A stretch of DNA of 64,000 nucleotides from Macrostomum lignano (GCA_002269645.1 NIVC01000185.1:1-64000); one strand, 5' to 3'; shown: positions 51,465-64,000, counted from the stretch's first letter. The notes: generated by a model not told the origin, from the letters alone. Program-made: numbers and translations.

Positions 51465-53100
51465 TCAGTCAGTCCCAACCAAGCATCCCTCAGTCCCAAC
51501 CAAGCATCCCTCAGTCCCAACAAAGCATCCGTTAGTCCCAAACAATAATCCGTCAATCCCAAACAATAACCTGTCAGTCCCAAACAATAATCCGTCAGTC
51601 CCAACAATCCGTCAGTCCCAAACAATAATCCGTCAGTCCCAACAATCCGTCAGTCCCAACCAAGCATCCGTCAGTCCCAACAATCCGTCAGTCCCAACAA
51701 TCCGTCAGTCCCAACAATCCGTCAGTCCCAACAATCCGTCAGTCCCAACAATCCGTCAGTCCCAACAATCCGTCAGTCCCAACAATCCGTCAGTCCCAAC
51801 AATCCGTCAGTCCCAACAATCCGTCAGTCCCAACAATCCGTCAGTCCCAACAATCCGTCAGTCCCAAATAAGCATCCGTCAGTTCAAACAAAGTATCCGG
51901 CAGTCCCAAACAATAATCCGTCAGTCCCAACCAAGCATCCGTCAGTACCAAACAACAATCCGTCAGTCCCAACCAAGCATCCGTCAGTCCCAAACAATAA
52001 TCCGTCAGTCCCAACCAAGCATCCGTCAGTCCCAAACAATAATCCGTCAGTCCCAACCAAGCATCCGTCAGTCCCAACCAAGCATCCGTCAGTCCCAACC
52101 AAGCATCCGTCAGTCCCAACCAAGCATCCGTCAGTCCCAAAAAATAATCCGTCAGTCCCAACCAAGCCTCCGTCAGTCCCAAACAATAATCCGTCAGTCC
52201 CAACCAAGCATCCGTCAGTCCCAACCAAGCATCCGTCAGTCCCAAACAATAATCCGTCAGTCCCAACCAAGCATCCGTCAGTCCCAACAATCCGTCAGTC
52301 CCAACCAAGCATCCGTCAGTCCCAACAATCCGTCAGTCCCAACCAAGCATCCGTCAGTCCCAAACAATAATCCGTCAGTCCCAACCAAGCATCCGTCAGT
52401 CCCAACAATCCGTCAGTCCCAAACAATAATCCGTCAGTCCCAAACAATAATCCGTCAGTCCCAACAATCCGTCAGTCCCAAACAATAATCCGTCAGTCCC
52501 AACCAAGCATCCGTCAGTCGCAAACAATAATCCGTCAATCCCAAACAATAATCCGTCAGTCCCAACCAAGCATCCGTCAGTCCCAACCAAGCATCCGTCA
52601 GTCCCAAACAATAATCCGTCAGTCCCAACCAAGCATCCGTCAGTCCCAAACAATAATCCGTCAGTCCCAACCAAGAATCCGTCAGTCCCAAACAATAATC
52701 CGTCAGTCCCAACCAAGCATCCGTCAGTCCCAACAATCCGTCAGTCCCAACCAAGCATCCGTCAGTCCCAACAATCCGTCAGTCCCAACCAAGCATCCGT
52801 CAGTCCCAACCAAGCATCCGTCAGTCCCAACAATCCGTCAGTCCCAACAAAGCATCCGTCAGTCCCAACAATCCGTCAGTCCCAAACAATAATCCGTCAG
52901 TCCCAACCAAGCATCCGTCAGTACCAACAAAGCATCCGGCAGTCCCAACAAAGCATCCGTCAGTCATAAACAAGCATCCGTCAGTACCAACAAAGCATCC
53001 GGCAGTCCCAACAAAGCATCCGTCAATCATAAACAAGCATCCGTCAGTACCAACAAAGCATCCGGCAGTCCCAACAAAGCATCCGTCAGTCATAAACAAG
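51465..53100. repeat. Tandem repeat with a CCGTCAGTCCCAA core and 17/21-bp variant units
   Basis: Seen directly. It explains the IRQSQ, GLTD and GTDG ORFs. Confidence 0.96.
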
Positions 53101-54265
53101 CATATGCAAGAAGTTCCTCTGTCCCACTTTTCAGCTCAGTATTAGATACATTCAATGTATTCCAGTCGCAGCAGTTTATTGCGGCAGAGGCGAGAGGCTG
53201 GGCCAAGTTCAAATAAAGCTCATAATTATTCATTTCACTTGTTAGCGCAGTTGGTAGGCAGGGCACGATCACCGGAAAGAAACTCTCGATCTCGAGTGCT
53301 AAGAAGCAAAGGGAGCTTTGCATCTAAACTACTCTCATAAAATCCCCAGTGCCCGCCATTTTAGGCTTGCTCAGCCTTCTCCCATCTGGGTCAACTTGCC
53401 ACCGGAAAGACTTAAGCTTTGGCTTTAGGATAAGTTCCAGCCTCCGGGATGTCGCATTTTTGTGCAACTCCGCTGAGCGCAACTCTGAGCGCGAAGCTGC
53501 AGTAAAAGCATTAAAATTGCTACTTTTGCTCGTTGCTCATTGATTACTGGCAGCAGAGGCAACGCCCTGTCAGTCTTTGGGGCCGCTTTGTCCCGGCTTG
53601 AGGCTGCTGCTGCCAGTCAGACGAATTAGAAGAGAAATTTGGCTGAATTCGTCAAGCCTAGAAGGGCGGACAGCAGCAGCAGCTGCTGCAGAGTTTGGAG
53701 AGGCCCTCCGCAAGGCTAACAATGTGCAAACATCAGCGAACCTGCACCCCCCTCTCTAACCTGCTGCTGGCGCTCCCACAGGACTGTCTCCGTGGGATAA
53801 CTCCCGCCAGGCAGCATTCGGAAACAAAGGACTTGAAAAAAAAGTACGAAGATAAGCATGAAATTCTAAGAAACCAAAGGAAGTGAATACAACAGAGGCA
53901 AAAAGCTGCATGGGATGCAGCCCCCTGTTGTATACGCTGTATACTTAGCCTCCTTTATTATTTGCTAGAAAGAGTTGCAACAAAAATTCGTTTGCAAAGA
54001 AATGGGGTAGCGGGGAGAGTTTACCGACTGTGGGCCGACCAAATGGACGAAATCTTCTGGCGAAACTGCCGAAACGCATATTATCTACATGAATATTAAA
54101 CAGTAAATTAGATTATAGTATGCAGAAATGAAAATAATATACAAAATACGAGGCTATTCAGTAAATAGAGAGTTTTAAATACGGATTGAGAACCAGCCTT
54201 TATTTGATAGTCACTCTTTAGTCATTCATCGATCACTCTTTAGTTACTCGACCCGCGAGCTCAGG

Positions 54266-54751
54266 CTAGCAGTCCAGGCCAGCCAGGCCAAGCCGGTCGG
54301 TCACGCGGGCTCGCAGCAGGTTGCCGTCAACCAGGTAGACGCTGTGCAACCGACGCGGGTCCCCGCCATCTCGGGCCGTCCGTTGTCCGGCCGCATCGAG
54401 GACGTCGCGCAGTGCGGCGCCGAAGGCCGGGCACGGGCATGCCGCCGCCAGTGCGTCAAGCGGCGTGGGCAGCGGAGATTCGCGACCGGCCTGTCGAAAC
54501 AGCCGCCGACCGCATCGCCGGATGAATTTCTTGGCCAGTCGGATCGAGCTCAGGTACCGCCTCGGGTCGGTCCGGCGTCTGAGCTGGGCAAAGAATGGGC
54601 TCAGGGGGCCCACGGTGGCCAGGGTGACTCCCCGGTCTGGCACCTCGCACACGTAGGAATAGAAATATTTCTCGCTGTCGGGCACTGTGGCGCAATCGGT
54701 CGGGCCGAGGGCCAGGTACAGGCAGGTGTGCTCATAACCAGGCGGCTGCGG
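54266..54751 (-). CDS. Terminal exon beginning with a C-type-lectin-like C-terminal half
   Basis: Acceptor TTCATTTGCAG| at 54752, phase 0. It reads PQPPGYEHTCLYLALGPTDCATVPDSEKYFYSYVCEVP... with GC-rich codon use to the stop at 54266. The C...C...YVCE spacing is CTLD-like. Upstream exons were not found. Confidence 0.45.
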   Translation of the reverse strand, partial: PQPPGYEHTCLYLALGPTDCATVPDSEKYFYSYVCEVPDRGVTLATVGPLSPFFAQLRRRTDPRRYLSSIRLAKKFIRRCGRRLFRQAGRESPLPTPLDALAAACPCPAFGAALRDVLDAAGQRTARDGGDPRRLHSVYLVDGNLLRARVTDRLGLAGLDC

Positions 54752-56161
54752 CTGCAAATGAACTCTACAGTTGTCTGCACTGCTTCTGCGTCGATTGAGT
54801 AAGCGAAGGGTGGTTTGCATCAATCCTTGAAGATTACTCCTGTTTGGGATTATTAGCCTTGCAAGAAAATAACTGTTGCTCTGGCTACTGTGGCGCAATC
54901 TTGGTTGGAATATTCTGCTCAACACGGCTCTCTGATATATGAGATACTCCGGCCTGCATACATTCGTGTCCGATAAGATAACAGCAACCTTTGGCGGTTT
55001 AATAACTGCCCCAAGCATGACAGAGAGAGAGAGAGAGATAAACAACTGACGTCAATGGTTTGCAGAGAGAGCCGTTTGCATGGCTTACCTGTGCAGCTGT
55101 GAACTCTAGAAACGCTTGACAGACAAACCTTCGCTTTGTAGGTTCCAAGAAAATGCACAGTTTTTCTGCGTTTCTGTGTTTTGTTTTTGTTTCCGAGCAC
55201 TTTTATTCACAGATTTCAGAACTGACGTCAGCTGAATAGTTAATCAGCTGCAGGTAAAAATCTTAAAAAACAATCTGGAGGCCTCTGAGTAATGACATTG
55301 TTATCAACCCCATTTAAGGCGTTGAAGTATAGTCAAGACGTGATGTTTTCAAGGTATTGAAGTGGCTTGCTGAGTGACAAGGTGAGTCAGTATTTGAAAG
55401 TGGGTCAGCAGAGGTCATCTAGTTGACAAGGTGGGTCTTTAGGGTGATAAGTGTGCCATCAGTATGTGCTAAAACAATGTATAGCGAGTGCCACCAGCTA
55501 GAATAAAAAAAATGTAATTTAGTGATTTAAAACGAAAGTAACCGAACGCTTTGTATTAGGAATACCGGTTGGCTCAACTATCAGCTTGGCTGATAAAAGC
55601 AACATTATAGCTTTTTGCAGTCAGTTTGAGCTTAGGAGCAGTTGACTTAATCCAGAGTGGCAGAACGCTACTCTCAAGACAATTGCTGCGCCAAGTCTAT
55701 GGCCCAACCTATAAATCAGCAACAAGATGAGCTTGGAAGCTAAGATAGCGACACTATGAAACGGCCCCAGACGAGCAGGGTGACGGCCCGCAACCAAGAA
55801 CCTGGACAAAGATCAGTGATGGAAGTTTTGGACAGAGATGAGTGACCGATCGATATTGCGAAATGGACTAAGATTAATGTCTAGTTGCTATACGATAATA
55901 AAACAATGAAATCAAGATCCGAAGGGAGCAAAATAAACTAAGTTGAATGCTCCAAAGATGAAGTAGAAAACAGCCCCAGATTTGTTTCTTTGGCGTATAG
56001 AATAGCTGAGAATGGCGCAGTCCGAAGCCATTCTTTACGCCATAGACAGCAAATCTTGGGGTGTTATTATATTTGAACCTAAGTGTCACTCAGCCAGGCG
56101 ATCCCAAATCTCAAGCAGCTAATCAATTCGTAATCGTAATTTTTGGCAAGTCCAATTCGAC

Positions 56162-56500
56162 ATGGAAGACGCTTTACCTTCCGATCCTGGCGATTTTGAG
56201 ACCCCAGGTATGGAGGTTTCTCCGGATTTACTGGACTTTCTGATACAACCAGAAAATGCGTCACAGTTGGCGCGCTCTAAATATAATATAAGTGAAAATA
56301 AGGGCCGATTCCAGACACTGACAGAAGCAGACGTTCAGCGAGAGATTGAAGAGAGCTCGCCCTCGACAACAAGAAGGAAGGCAGAATGGTCAATCAGGTG
56401 GTGGCGGTGGTCCAGCTCTACTGGTTTTAAACGACGTGGACGAAATGTCAAAAAGTGAGCTGAACTTTCTATTGAAGCTCTGTGTCCTGTTGGACGAACT
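56162..56500 (+). mobile_element. Degenerate Crypton-like (DUF3504/KCTD1-type N-terminus) fragment
   Basis: RFQTLTEADVQREIEESSPSTTRRKAEWSIRWW continues, after a frameshift, into VDEMSKSELNFLLKL. This matches the RF..L.E...NT.K.T.W...W...M...ELN..L pattern of CryptonA-derived proteins. Confidence 0.5.
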
Positions 56501-57499
56501 GATTGGCTTTTTAATTTGTTATTTTTCTTCTCTTGTTCTAAATTTTTCGCTGTTCTGCACTAGCTGATTTCACGGCCCGGCCATTAAATAAAATGCGTTA
56601 CATACCATAGACACTGGACTGAGCCAGACTGGGGTTTAAGTTTTTTTCACCAGTCAAACTTCATCAGTCAAACCAGTCACCAAAGAATAATAGCTCAGTA
56701 TTCTTTGGGCGGCAGTTGTCTTGAGTGTAGCGCTCTGCCGCTCTGGATGCTCCTAAGCTCGCTAGGAGCCTCGGTAAAAGCAATAGAAGGCGGCGGAAAC
56801 GCCTCATAGCTACCTGGGAGCTTCAGCTTCTGATCGTGCACTTCTGAAAGGCACTTCTAGCTCTGCTGCTAAGAACAGCATTCCTAAATAGATAGAAGCT
56901 GCAGATGAGCTGATAGAATTGCTAATCAATCACGCTAACGTGTCTTCTCCAGCCAAGCATGGTCAGCATGCAGCTGCTGCGAGGGAAAATCGATAGAGTT
57001 ATTGCAGTCGATAATTGCATAATTAATTTATAGCCTATTTCATTCCGGAGAGATATACTAGAGAAAAAGGCCAATTGATTTTTCTCAGTTCCAGGCTAAA
57101 CTGTTGACATAAATATTGTCGCATACCACTCGGGTGCAAACAACCTGGGCAAGGATTATCTTGTCAGCAGATGACATTAAGCTATTTCATTAATACAATT
57201 CTGCTAGTATACTTAAAGTGTAGTTGTCATAGCCAACAGCCCCAAGATATTAATTTGAAATATTGGATTGCAGTAGTCGAAATACTTCGTATAATTGGGA
57301 GGCTGAGTTTGGCGTGGGATCTGTAGTGAAGTCGTCGGGCAGCTGTTGCATTTCGGGTGAGCAGATTGGCCTTCTGCTCGCTAGACGGCCAGTAGAGATT
57401 GATGAAGTGAAGGCCACTGGATGGGCAAGAAAACATTTGGGGCAGTGAGGGCAGTAAAGAATGCTGAGACACCGTGTGGGTGTGGGAATTCTGAGACTA

Positions 57500-58195
57500 C
57501 ACGGGGGACGCTGACACTACACGGGGGAAGCTGAGACTACATGGGGGAAGCTGAGATATCATGGAGGAAGCTGAGACTACACGGAGGAAGCTGAGATAAC
57601 ACGATGGAAGCTGAGATATCACGGGGGAAGCTGAGACTACACGGGGGAAGCTGAGACTACACGGGGAAGCTGAGATATCACGGAGGAAGCTGAGATATCA
57701 CGGAGGAAGCTGAGATATCACGGAGGAAGCTGAGATATCACGGAGGAAGCTGAGATATCACGGAGGAAGCTGAGATATCACGGAGGAAGCTGAGATATCA
57801 CGGAGGAAGCTGAGATACCACGGAGGAAGCTGAGATATCACGGAGGAAGCTGAGATATCACGGAGGAAGCTGAGATAACACGATGGAAGCTGAGATATCA
57901 CGGAGGAAGCTGAGATATCACGGAGGAAGCTGAGATATCACGGAGGAAGCTGAGACTACACGGAGGAAGCTGAGATAACACGATGGAAGCTGAGATATCA
58001 CGGAGGAAGCTGAGATATCACGGAGGAAGCTGAGACATCACGGAGGAAGCTGAAATATCACGGAGGAAGCTGAGATATCACGGAGGAAGCTGAGATATCA
58101 CGGAGGAAGCTGAAATATCACGGAGGAAGCTGAGACTGCACGGGGGAAGCTGAGATATCACGGAGGAAGCTGAGACTGCACGGGGGAAGCTGAGG
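57500..58195. repeat. Tandem repeat, 20-bp unit CACGGAGGAAGCTGAGATAT
   Basis: Seen directly. Confidence 0.96.
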
Positions 58196-58389
58196 CAGCA
58201 TGGATGGAGCTGAGAAGTTGAGACAGCTTGTGATGCAGAAATTTTCAAGCGTCACAATCTAAAAAACGCTCACTACTACCCAAAACTCACTTACTACTGA
58301 TGGTGTCTTACTACTGACAAAAGTAATATCGTGCCAAAACATTTCTGATGAACTTGTCCGCAATTCGGCTGAGCCTGCGACGCAATATA

Positions 58390-59639
58390 TTGGGTTGTTA
58401 GGAAAGTTCTGTCCGTTTTTTTATTTTTCTATGCAGAGGATCATGAAGCTGTGTTGGATCCAATACTTGTGTATGCATATACAGCCAGAGTTGTGGTCAT
58501 TCTAACCAAGTCATTTGCTTTTCAGCGCCCAATTATGGCCAGATATTTTGAATTAAACAGCATCGCTCTAAGGCAGTGCATGCTATATGATTTTCTAGCA
58601 GGTATTACAGCAGCCGAATCGACTCGACGCCTGTGCAGTGCATTTGGCCAGGATGCTGTCTCTGACCGCACAGCCCGTCGTTGGTTTGATCGCTTTCGCA
58701 GCGGCGACTACAGCCTTGCTGACGAACCTCGCCCTGGACGCCCATCTGAGATAGACACTGAGCTGCTGCGGACACTTGTGGAGGCCAATCCGCACCAGAC
58801 TACACGAGAGCTGGCAGCCACTCTTGGGTGCTCCCATGTGCAAGTCGCTGAACACCTGGCTGCCATGGGCAAGAAAAGCAAGCTCGGACAGTGGACCCCC
58901 ATGACCTGACTGACAGGGACCGTCAAAGCCGAGCAGACATTTGCACCTCACTGCTCTCCTACAAGAGAACAACAGACTGGCTGGCCTCAATACTCACTGG
59001 CGATGAGAAGTGGGTGATGTACGTTAATATACACCGCAAGTGCCAGTGGGTTGATGCCGGCAAACCGCCACAGCCAGAGCCAAAGGCCCCACTGCACCCT
59101 AAGAAGGTGATGCTCTGCTGTTGGTGGGACAGTGAAGGAGTTGTATACTTCGAGCTGCTGCCGCCCAACACCAGCATCACCGCCGAGCTCTACTGTAACC
59201 AGCTGCAGAATGTGGCCGACTGCCTCCGCACACAGCGTCCAGGGCGTCAGCATGTTTGCTTCCTTCATGACAACGCTCGGCCGCACACCGCCAATTTGAC
59301 CCGACAAAAGCTGCTGGATCTGGGCTGGGAAGTGCTGCCCCACCCACCGTACAGCCCCGATCTGGCCCCTACAGACTACCATCTTTTTCGAGCGCTGCAC
59401 CATCATCTGAAAGAGAAAACGTTTGAAGATGACAAAGGGGTCAAGGACTGCATTACTAACTTTTTTGAATCACAGCCCAAGGATTTCTACAGAGCTGGCA
59501 TCCAAAGTCTGCCCTCTCGTTGGCAGAGGGTCATCGATTGCGATGGCAATTATTTTACTGAGTAACACTGCTGCATTCCTATAAAAACTCGCTCCAACAT
59601 ATTTTAGTCAAAACGGACAGAACTTTCCTAACAGCCCAA
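58390..59639 (+). mobile_element. Mariner DNA transposon (D,D34D), 1250 bp, full length
   Basis: 30-bp TIRs at 58390-58419 and 59610-59639 (1 mismatch) with TA on both sides. Transposase runs from ATG 58535 to stop 59565, with an HTH region, TGDEKW, HDNARPH and YSPDLAPTD (34 residues between the 2nd and 3rd Asp). Confidence 0.96.
58535..59565 (+). CDS. Mariner transposase with one frameshift at the WTPH motif (~58897-58901)
   Basis: TGG ACC CCC ATG ACC TGA would read TGG ACC CCC CAT GAC CTG (WTPHDL) if one C were added to the C5 run. Confidence 0.88.
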
Positions 59640-62329
59640 TAAATTGGCGAATATTTATAAAGAGCACCAGATCCCGTCTGGTCTGTTTGGCTCGGCCAGT
59701 GCGCAGTGTGTAATGCGACTCGACTAAAACGGACAGACAGACAGCTGCTGCGCAAGACAGATGGCGGACGGTTGCAGACGGCTGGGGCTTCAAAGCTCTT
59801 TTTGATCTGGAGGGTTTGCCCCCGCTATTCCCCGTCCTGCAGGCGGAAATGCAGACAGGGGAGAGAGCTAGAATGATGGGGGCAGATGCAACGCCAGATG
59901 GTAGTTGCAGACGCGGCTGTGGGTTGTGCTTGGGCCATGATGATTTCGAGTTCTAGAATCTGGAATGAGAAACATCCCCTGTTCTAATACTAGGGCTAGG
60001 GAGATTGGAGCAAAAAATCTGCCTTACGATTTTTGACGTACATGCCTGAAGATTAGAAAGTCAGGGCTTTCTAACGTGCCCTATTATCATTATTACATTA
60101 TAAGGTGGCATGGGTTCTTCGCGTGTATTTAGAAAGTATTAATTACTATCAACTGAACAAACACTAAGTCAAACTTAGTGAAATTCCATGTTCTAGCTAT
60201 ATCGATCTCCTTGGCCGGCTGGGCCGCCGTTGTGTGCGAGACCGAGCGTGTGTGCGTGTGCAGTGTAGCCGATGCCAGACCCCTCCGTGGCTCTCCCGCA
60301 CCACCCTTGCACCCACCCCGGCCCGCTTTGGGTCTTCTTTCCAGTTTCCCGGAGCCAACTGGAGGCGGCAGCAGCAAACTGGGGCGATGCAGAGACAGCT
60401 GCAGCTACAGAGAGGAGAGAGCGGTACACTGCGGGTCAGGAAAGCAGTGCTTGCGCTTTGGTTCCGCTGGCCTGTTGGCGGGCTGAGCGCAGGCAGATAC
60501 GCAATACTGCACGATAGGCATTATAAAGATTCGGCCGCTGTCTGGCATGGAATCTGCACTGTCATTTAGCTGCTAGTTGCTCCGCTGTCTCCTCTCCCTC
60601 TTCCCCTTTCCTCTCTCAGCGATCATCGGCATTAACGAGCCTGGCAGAGCGGCAATGGTCTCTCAGTTCGACCAGCCAGCTTCATCAGCACTCTATTAAC
60701 GCAGCTATCTATAGCTTAAGCTACCAGAATAGAACTAGTTGATCGCTAGATTAGAATCCGACAAGCTAAATTTTTTTCTAAATTGGTAAGTTGTATTTTT
60801 TAACATCTTGGTTAAAAATATTGTCAAGCCAACTTGGTTTTGAGGCTGAATTTATTTTCCTTGTTACAGTTACGAAAGCAACACGAAATTTCATCGCTTT
60901 TAGACCAGAGATCGAAGGCTGATTTTGAGATAGAGGGGGAGAGGAGAGGGGAAGGAGAGGATAGAGGAAGGGAGATGAGTCGAGAGGGGAGAGAGACAGA
61001 AGGGGAGAGATGAGAAGAGACACAAACCTTGAGCGGGCCGGATTGCTATAATTCTGAAGTTTCAAAAGACCCGAGGGCCGGATAGAGTGACGTCGCGGGC
61101 TGCATGTTGCCCGCGGGCCGGAGTTCGCTTCAGACTATAGATATCAAAATGTTTTGATGCAGAGAAACTGAATACTTGGCAGTCAGACTTATTGTATGAA
61201 GATGAGGATTTGGAGAGAGATATTACTTCAGATTCTGGTTCAGAATCACCTAGTATAAGGTCAAGAGGAGGGTTCACTAGATCAGACAAGCAGGTGCAGG
61301 TTACGCCAGTTGACTGTTTTGCCAAAGCAATCCATTAGCATTTCTCCTGCAGTGCCACCCCTGGAGCCTTCAATCGTTTAATGTATACAAACAGGTGAAA
61401 CCTGACCCAGGGTTGAAGATACACGGAAAGAAACCCTGCTGCATAGACAGAAAAAAATCTTTGGCCTTAGACACGGGATGCGCTGTGGAGGGATGCGCGC
61501 ACCAAATTTGAAAAGATTGGACGGGTCAGCGAAAATGATGCGCTTAAGCAGTGTCGGTACTGGAGTAACTAGGCCGAATCTTTGAAACCTGGTGTTTGTG
61601 TACGAAAATTAGCCTTGAGGCTTGTGGTCTGCATGGGGGATTCACACCCGTGGCCGTGAGGGCCAACCCCCAAGGCACAGTTTAATTACTTGTAGAAAGT
61701 CAGGACTACTTCTTTAATAAGTTTCTAAATTCTTTTGGAACTCGAAATAAGCATATTGGATAAGAGCAGTGTGGAGCAGAACACCCTGGAATCGTTCATA
61801 ACTTTTTAATTGTTTCTTTAACCCGATGGCTAAACTCTGAGGCTAGTAATAAACAGGGTGGAAAGCTAGTCCATCAAGTGACCATAATTTAAGCTCGATA
61901 AGAACTAGGTGCCCCCCCCACGCATTTAACAGCACCTCCTCTCTACTCGCGCCTATTACGTGAGAATTTGCTTTTAAAACGCAGTTCTCGTTTCTATAGC
62001 TTTGGCTTAAATAGTGACTCACGCTATCACAAAGCCTTTTGCTCTCGCTCTTTTCCTCCGCCCCCCTCTGTTTACTTCTTCAATACTCGACCTACTTGTG
62101 CGCCCAGTCACATGCCAACTAGCGAGCCCGGTCAGCTCGGAAAGATAAAGCAGCACTTTGAAACACGCAGTGACGCAACAGTTGGCTGCGTGTTGCCCAG
62201 GCCATTCTTAAGCTTGAAACCTGTCAGTCAGCTCACTGCAGTGATATAATAATTAGCTCGTATTTACTGTGCTCACAAGCCAGCCACTCGTTGAGGTAGG
62301 ATAATCTAAGGCTAAATTCCTTCCTAACC

Positions 62330-62400
62330 TTCCCTTCCTTCCTCCCTTCCATCCTTCCTTCCTTCCTTCCTTCCATCCTTCCTTCCTTCCTTCCTTCGCT

Positions 62401-62431
<31 letters not shown>

Positions 62432-62583
62432 TCGTTCGTTCGTTCGTTCGTTCGTTCGTTCGTTCGTTCGTTCGTTCGTTCGTTCGTTCGTTCGTTCGTT
62501 CGTTCATTCGTTCGTTCGTTCGTTCGTTCGTTCATTCGTTCGTTCGTTCGTTCGTTCGTTCGTTCGTTCGTTCGTTCGTTCGT
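62330..62583. repeat. Compound (TTCC)n-(TTCG)n microsatellite
   Basis: Seen directly. Confidence 0.96.
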
Positions 62584-62664
62584 CCCTCCCTTTAATCATT
62601 CAGCCATTAATTAATTCATTTCATCACTCCTTCAGGGGCTCACTGCACAGCCTAGATCGCAGCA

Positions 62665-63544
62665 ATGCCCCAGCAGCAGCATCAACAGCAGCACCTGCAC
62701 CCTCACCTGCCGGCTCGCATCAAGTGCGTAGTGGTCGGCGACGGAGGCGCCGGCAAGACCTGCCTCCTGTCCTCTTACTCACGCGGAGTCTTCCCAACTG
62801 ACTACATACCCACGGTGTTCGACAACTACGACGCAGCCGTGATGGTGTGCGGGGCCCAGGTGCATCTCAGCCTGTGGGACAGCGCCGGCCAAGAGGACTA
62901 CGACAAGCTGCGGCCGCTGTCCTACCCAGAAACCGACGTCTTTCTCGTCTGCTTCAGCGTCGGCAACAAGCCGTCGTTTGCCAACGTGCTGGACAAATGG
63001 AGCCCCGAGCTGAGGCAGCACGCACCGCAGGCCCCACTGCTCCTAGTCGGCACCAAGGCCGACCTGCGCGATGACGCCGAGTTCACGGCGCACCTGGCGC
63101 TGCACAACGACTGCCCGATCGGGCGCGATGAGGCCGCCGATATGGCGCGCGAAATTGGCGCCGTCAAGTACATCGAGTGCTCGGCGCTCAAGGGGATCAA
63201 CGTGTCGCTGGTAATTCGCATGGCAACTAATTGGTTTTTGCAAATCTGTTTTGAGACTAGCTCGTTTCACACCGCCATCAAGTAAGGCCAAAGGGCCTGT
63301 CAACTTAAGCTCATAAAGTAGAGTCCCTAATTATCCTCTTGCTTGTTTTCCCCCATCCTAAGTCCGATTCTCGTCAATTTTTTTGCTAAACCCTGCTTTC
63401 TGGTGTTTCTCAGAACCTCTTGTTTCACCAACAATCCAGGTGTTCGAGGAGGCGGTGAAGTCCGTGCTCTGGCCCGAGTGCAGCGCCAGTGGCAAGCGCA
63501 CGACCAGCAAGAAGCACCGGAAGCGGTCGTGCGCACTTCAGTGA
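62665..63544 (+). CDS. Rho-family small GTPase, 216 aa; exons 62665-63210 and 63440-63544
   Basis: Motifs [42 protein letters not shown] and ECSA. The donor CTG|GTAATT and acceptor AATCCAG| join in phase 0 to [34 protein letters not shown] (polybasic region plus CaaX). Confidence 0.93.
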
Positions 63545-63744
63545 AGCGAGGTGGCAGCAGTCAGATGCGCTAACGAAGCCACGCTAGTCCGCAAGGGTGC
63601 AGGGGCGAGAGAAAATAATTACTTTGTATGGTTGTGCCACTTGGACTTGAACCATATAGCCGACACCCGGGCATAAAGACGGACGTTCTCATCCCCCCAG
63701 CTTTCAAATTTTGTTACTCGTCAATTTGTCACCTCAAATACACA

Positions 63745-64000
63745 CCCTGACGATCTGAGCTGCTCACCTCCACGCCCTGACGATCTGAGCTGCTCACCTC
63801 CACACCCTGACGATCTCAGCTGCTCACCTCCACACCCTGACGATCTGAGCTGCTCACCTCCACACCCTGACGATCTGAACTGCTCACCTCCACACCCTGA
63901 CGATCTGAACTGCTCACCTCCACACCCTGGCGATCTCAGCTGCTCACCTCCACACCCTGGCGATCTCAGCTGCTCACCTCCACACCCTGACGATCTCAGC
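63745..64000. repeat. Tandem repeat, 30-bp unit CGATCTGAGCTGCTCACCTCCACACCCTGA, running off the window end
   Basis: Seen directly. Confidence 0.95.

Noticed and set aside
51445-53099. 347-aa IRQSQ ORF and GLTD/GTDG ORFs
   Set aside because: Minisatellite translations with no signal peptide or splice support.
57150-57195. LSADDIKLF, resembling a reverse-transcriptase YADD motif
   Set aside because: Isolated and flanked by stops, with no other RT motifs recognisable. At best a decayed LINE trace.
60178-60486. ORF starting with signal-peptide-like MKFHVLAISISLAGWAAVVC
   Set aside because: It starts at GTG, has no clear splice or domain support, and overlaps several equally plausible GC-rich frames.

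Overview
Animal genomic DNA, most likely a free-living flatworm such as Macrostomum. This is an inference from a YIRx-amide peptide precursor, GC-rich exons with Ala/Gln runs, and very dense minisatellites. Spliced or partial gene models reconstructed by hand: kinesin-II motor KIF3A (340-2417, one frameshift), a 5-exon tandem cNMP-binding-domain gene (10198-18334), a Lys/Ala/Thr-repeat protein (partial, ~30850-33165), a 4-exon secreted precursor with acidic spacers and Arg-rich amphipathic segments (36511-34859, minus), a complete 6-exon tetraspanin (44035-39524, minus), an 11-copy ASYIRM-amide neuropeptide precursor (50279-49585, minus), a C-type-lectin-like exon, and a 2-exon Rho GTPase (62665-63544). 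Mobile DNA includes a near-intact D,D34D mariner with 30-bp TIRs, a Crypton-like remnant, SINE- and MITE-like elements, and about 20 tandem repeats. The strangest observation is a block of about 7.7 kb (~19320-27060) that makes sense only when it is complemented WITHOUT being reversed (equivalently, read backwards without complementing). Read that way it contains a complete 312-codon acidic ORF, a tRNA-like head with A and B boxes, and mirror copies of repeats that occur normally elsewhere in this window. The six-frame track cannot see any of this. An assembly or data-handling error is the most likely cause, but it needs testing against raw reads.
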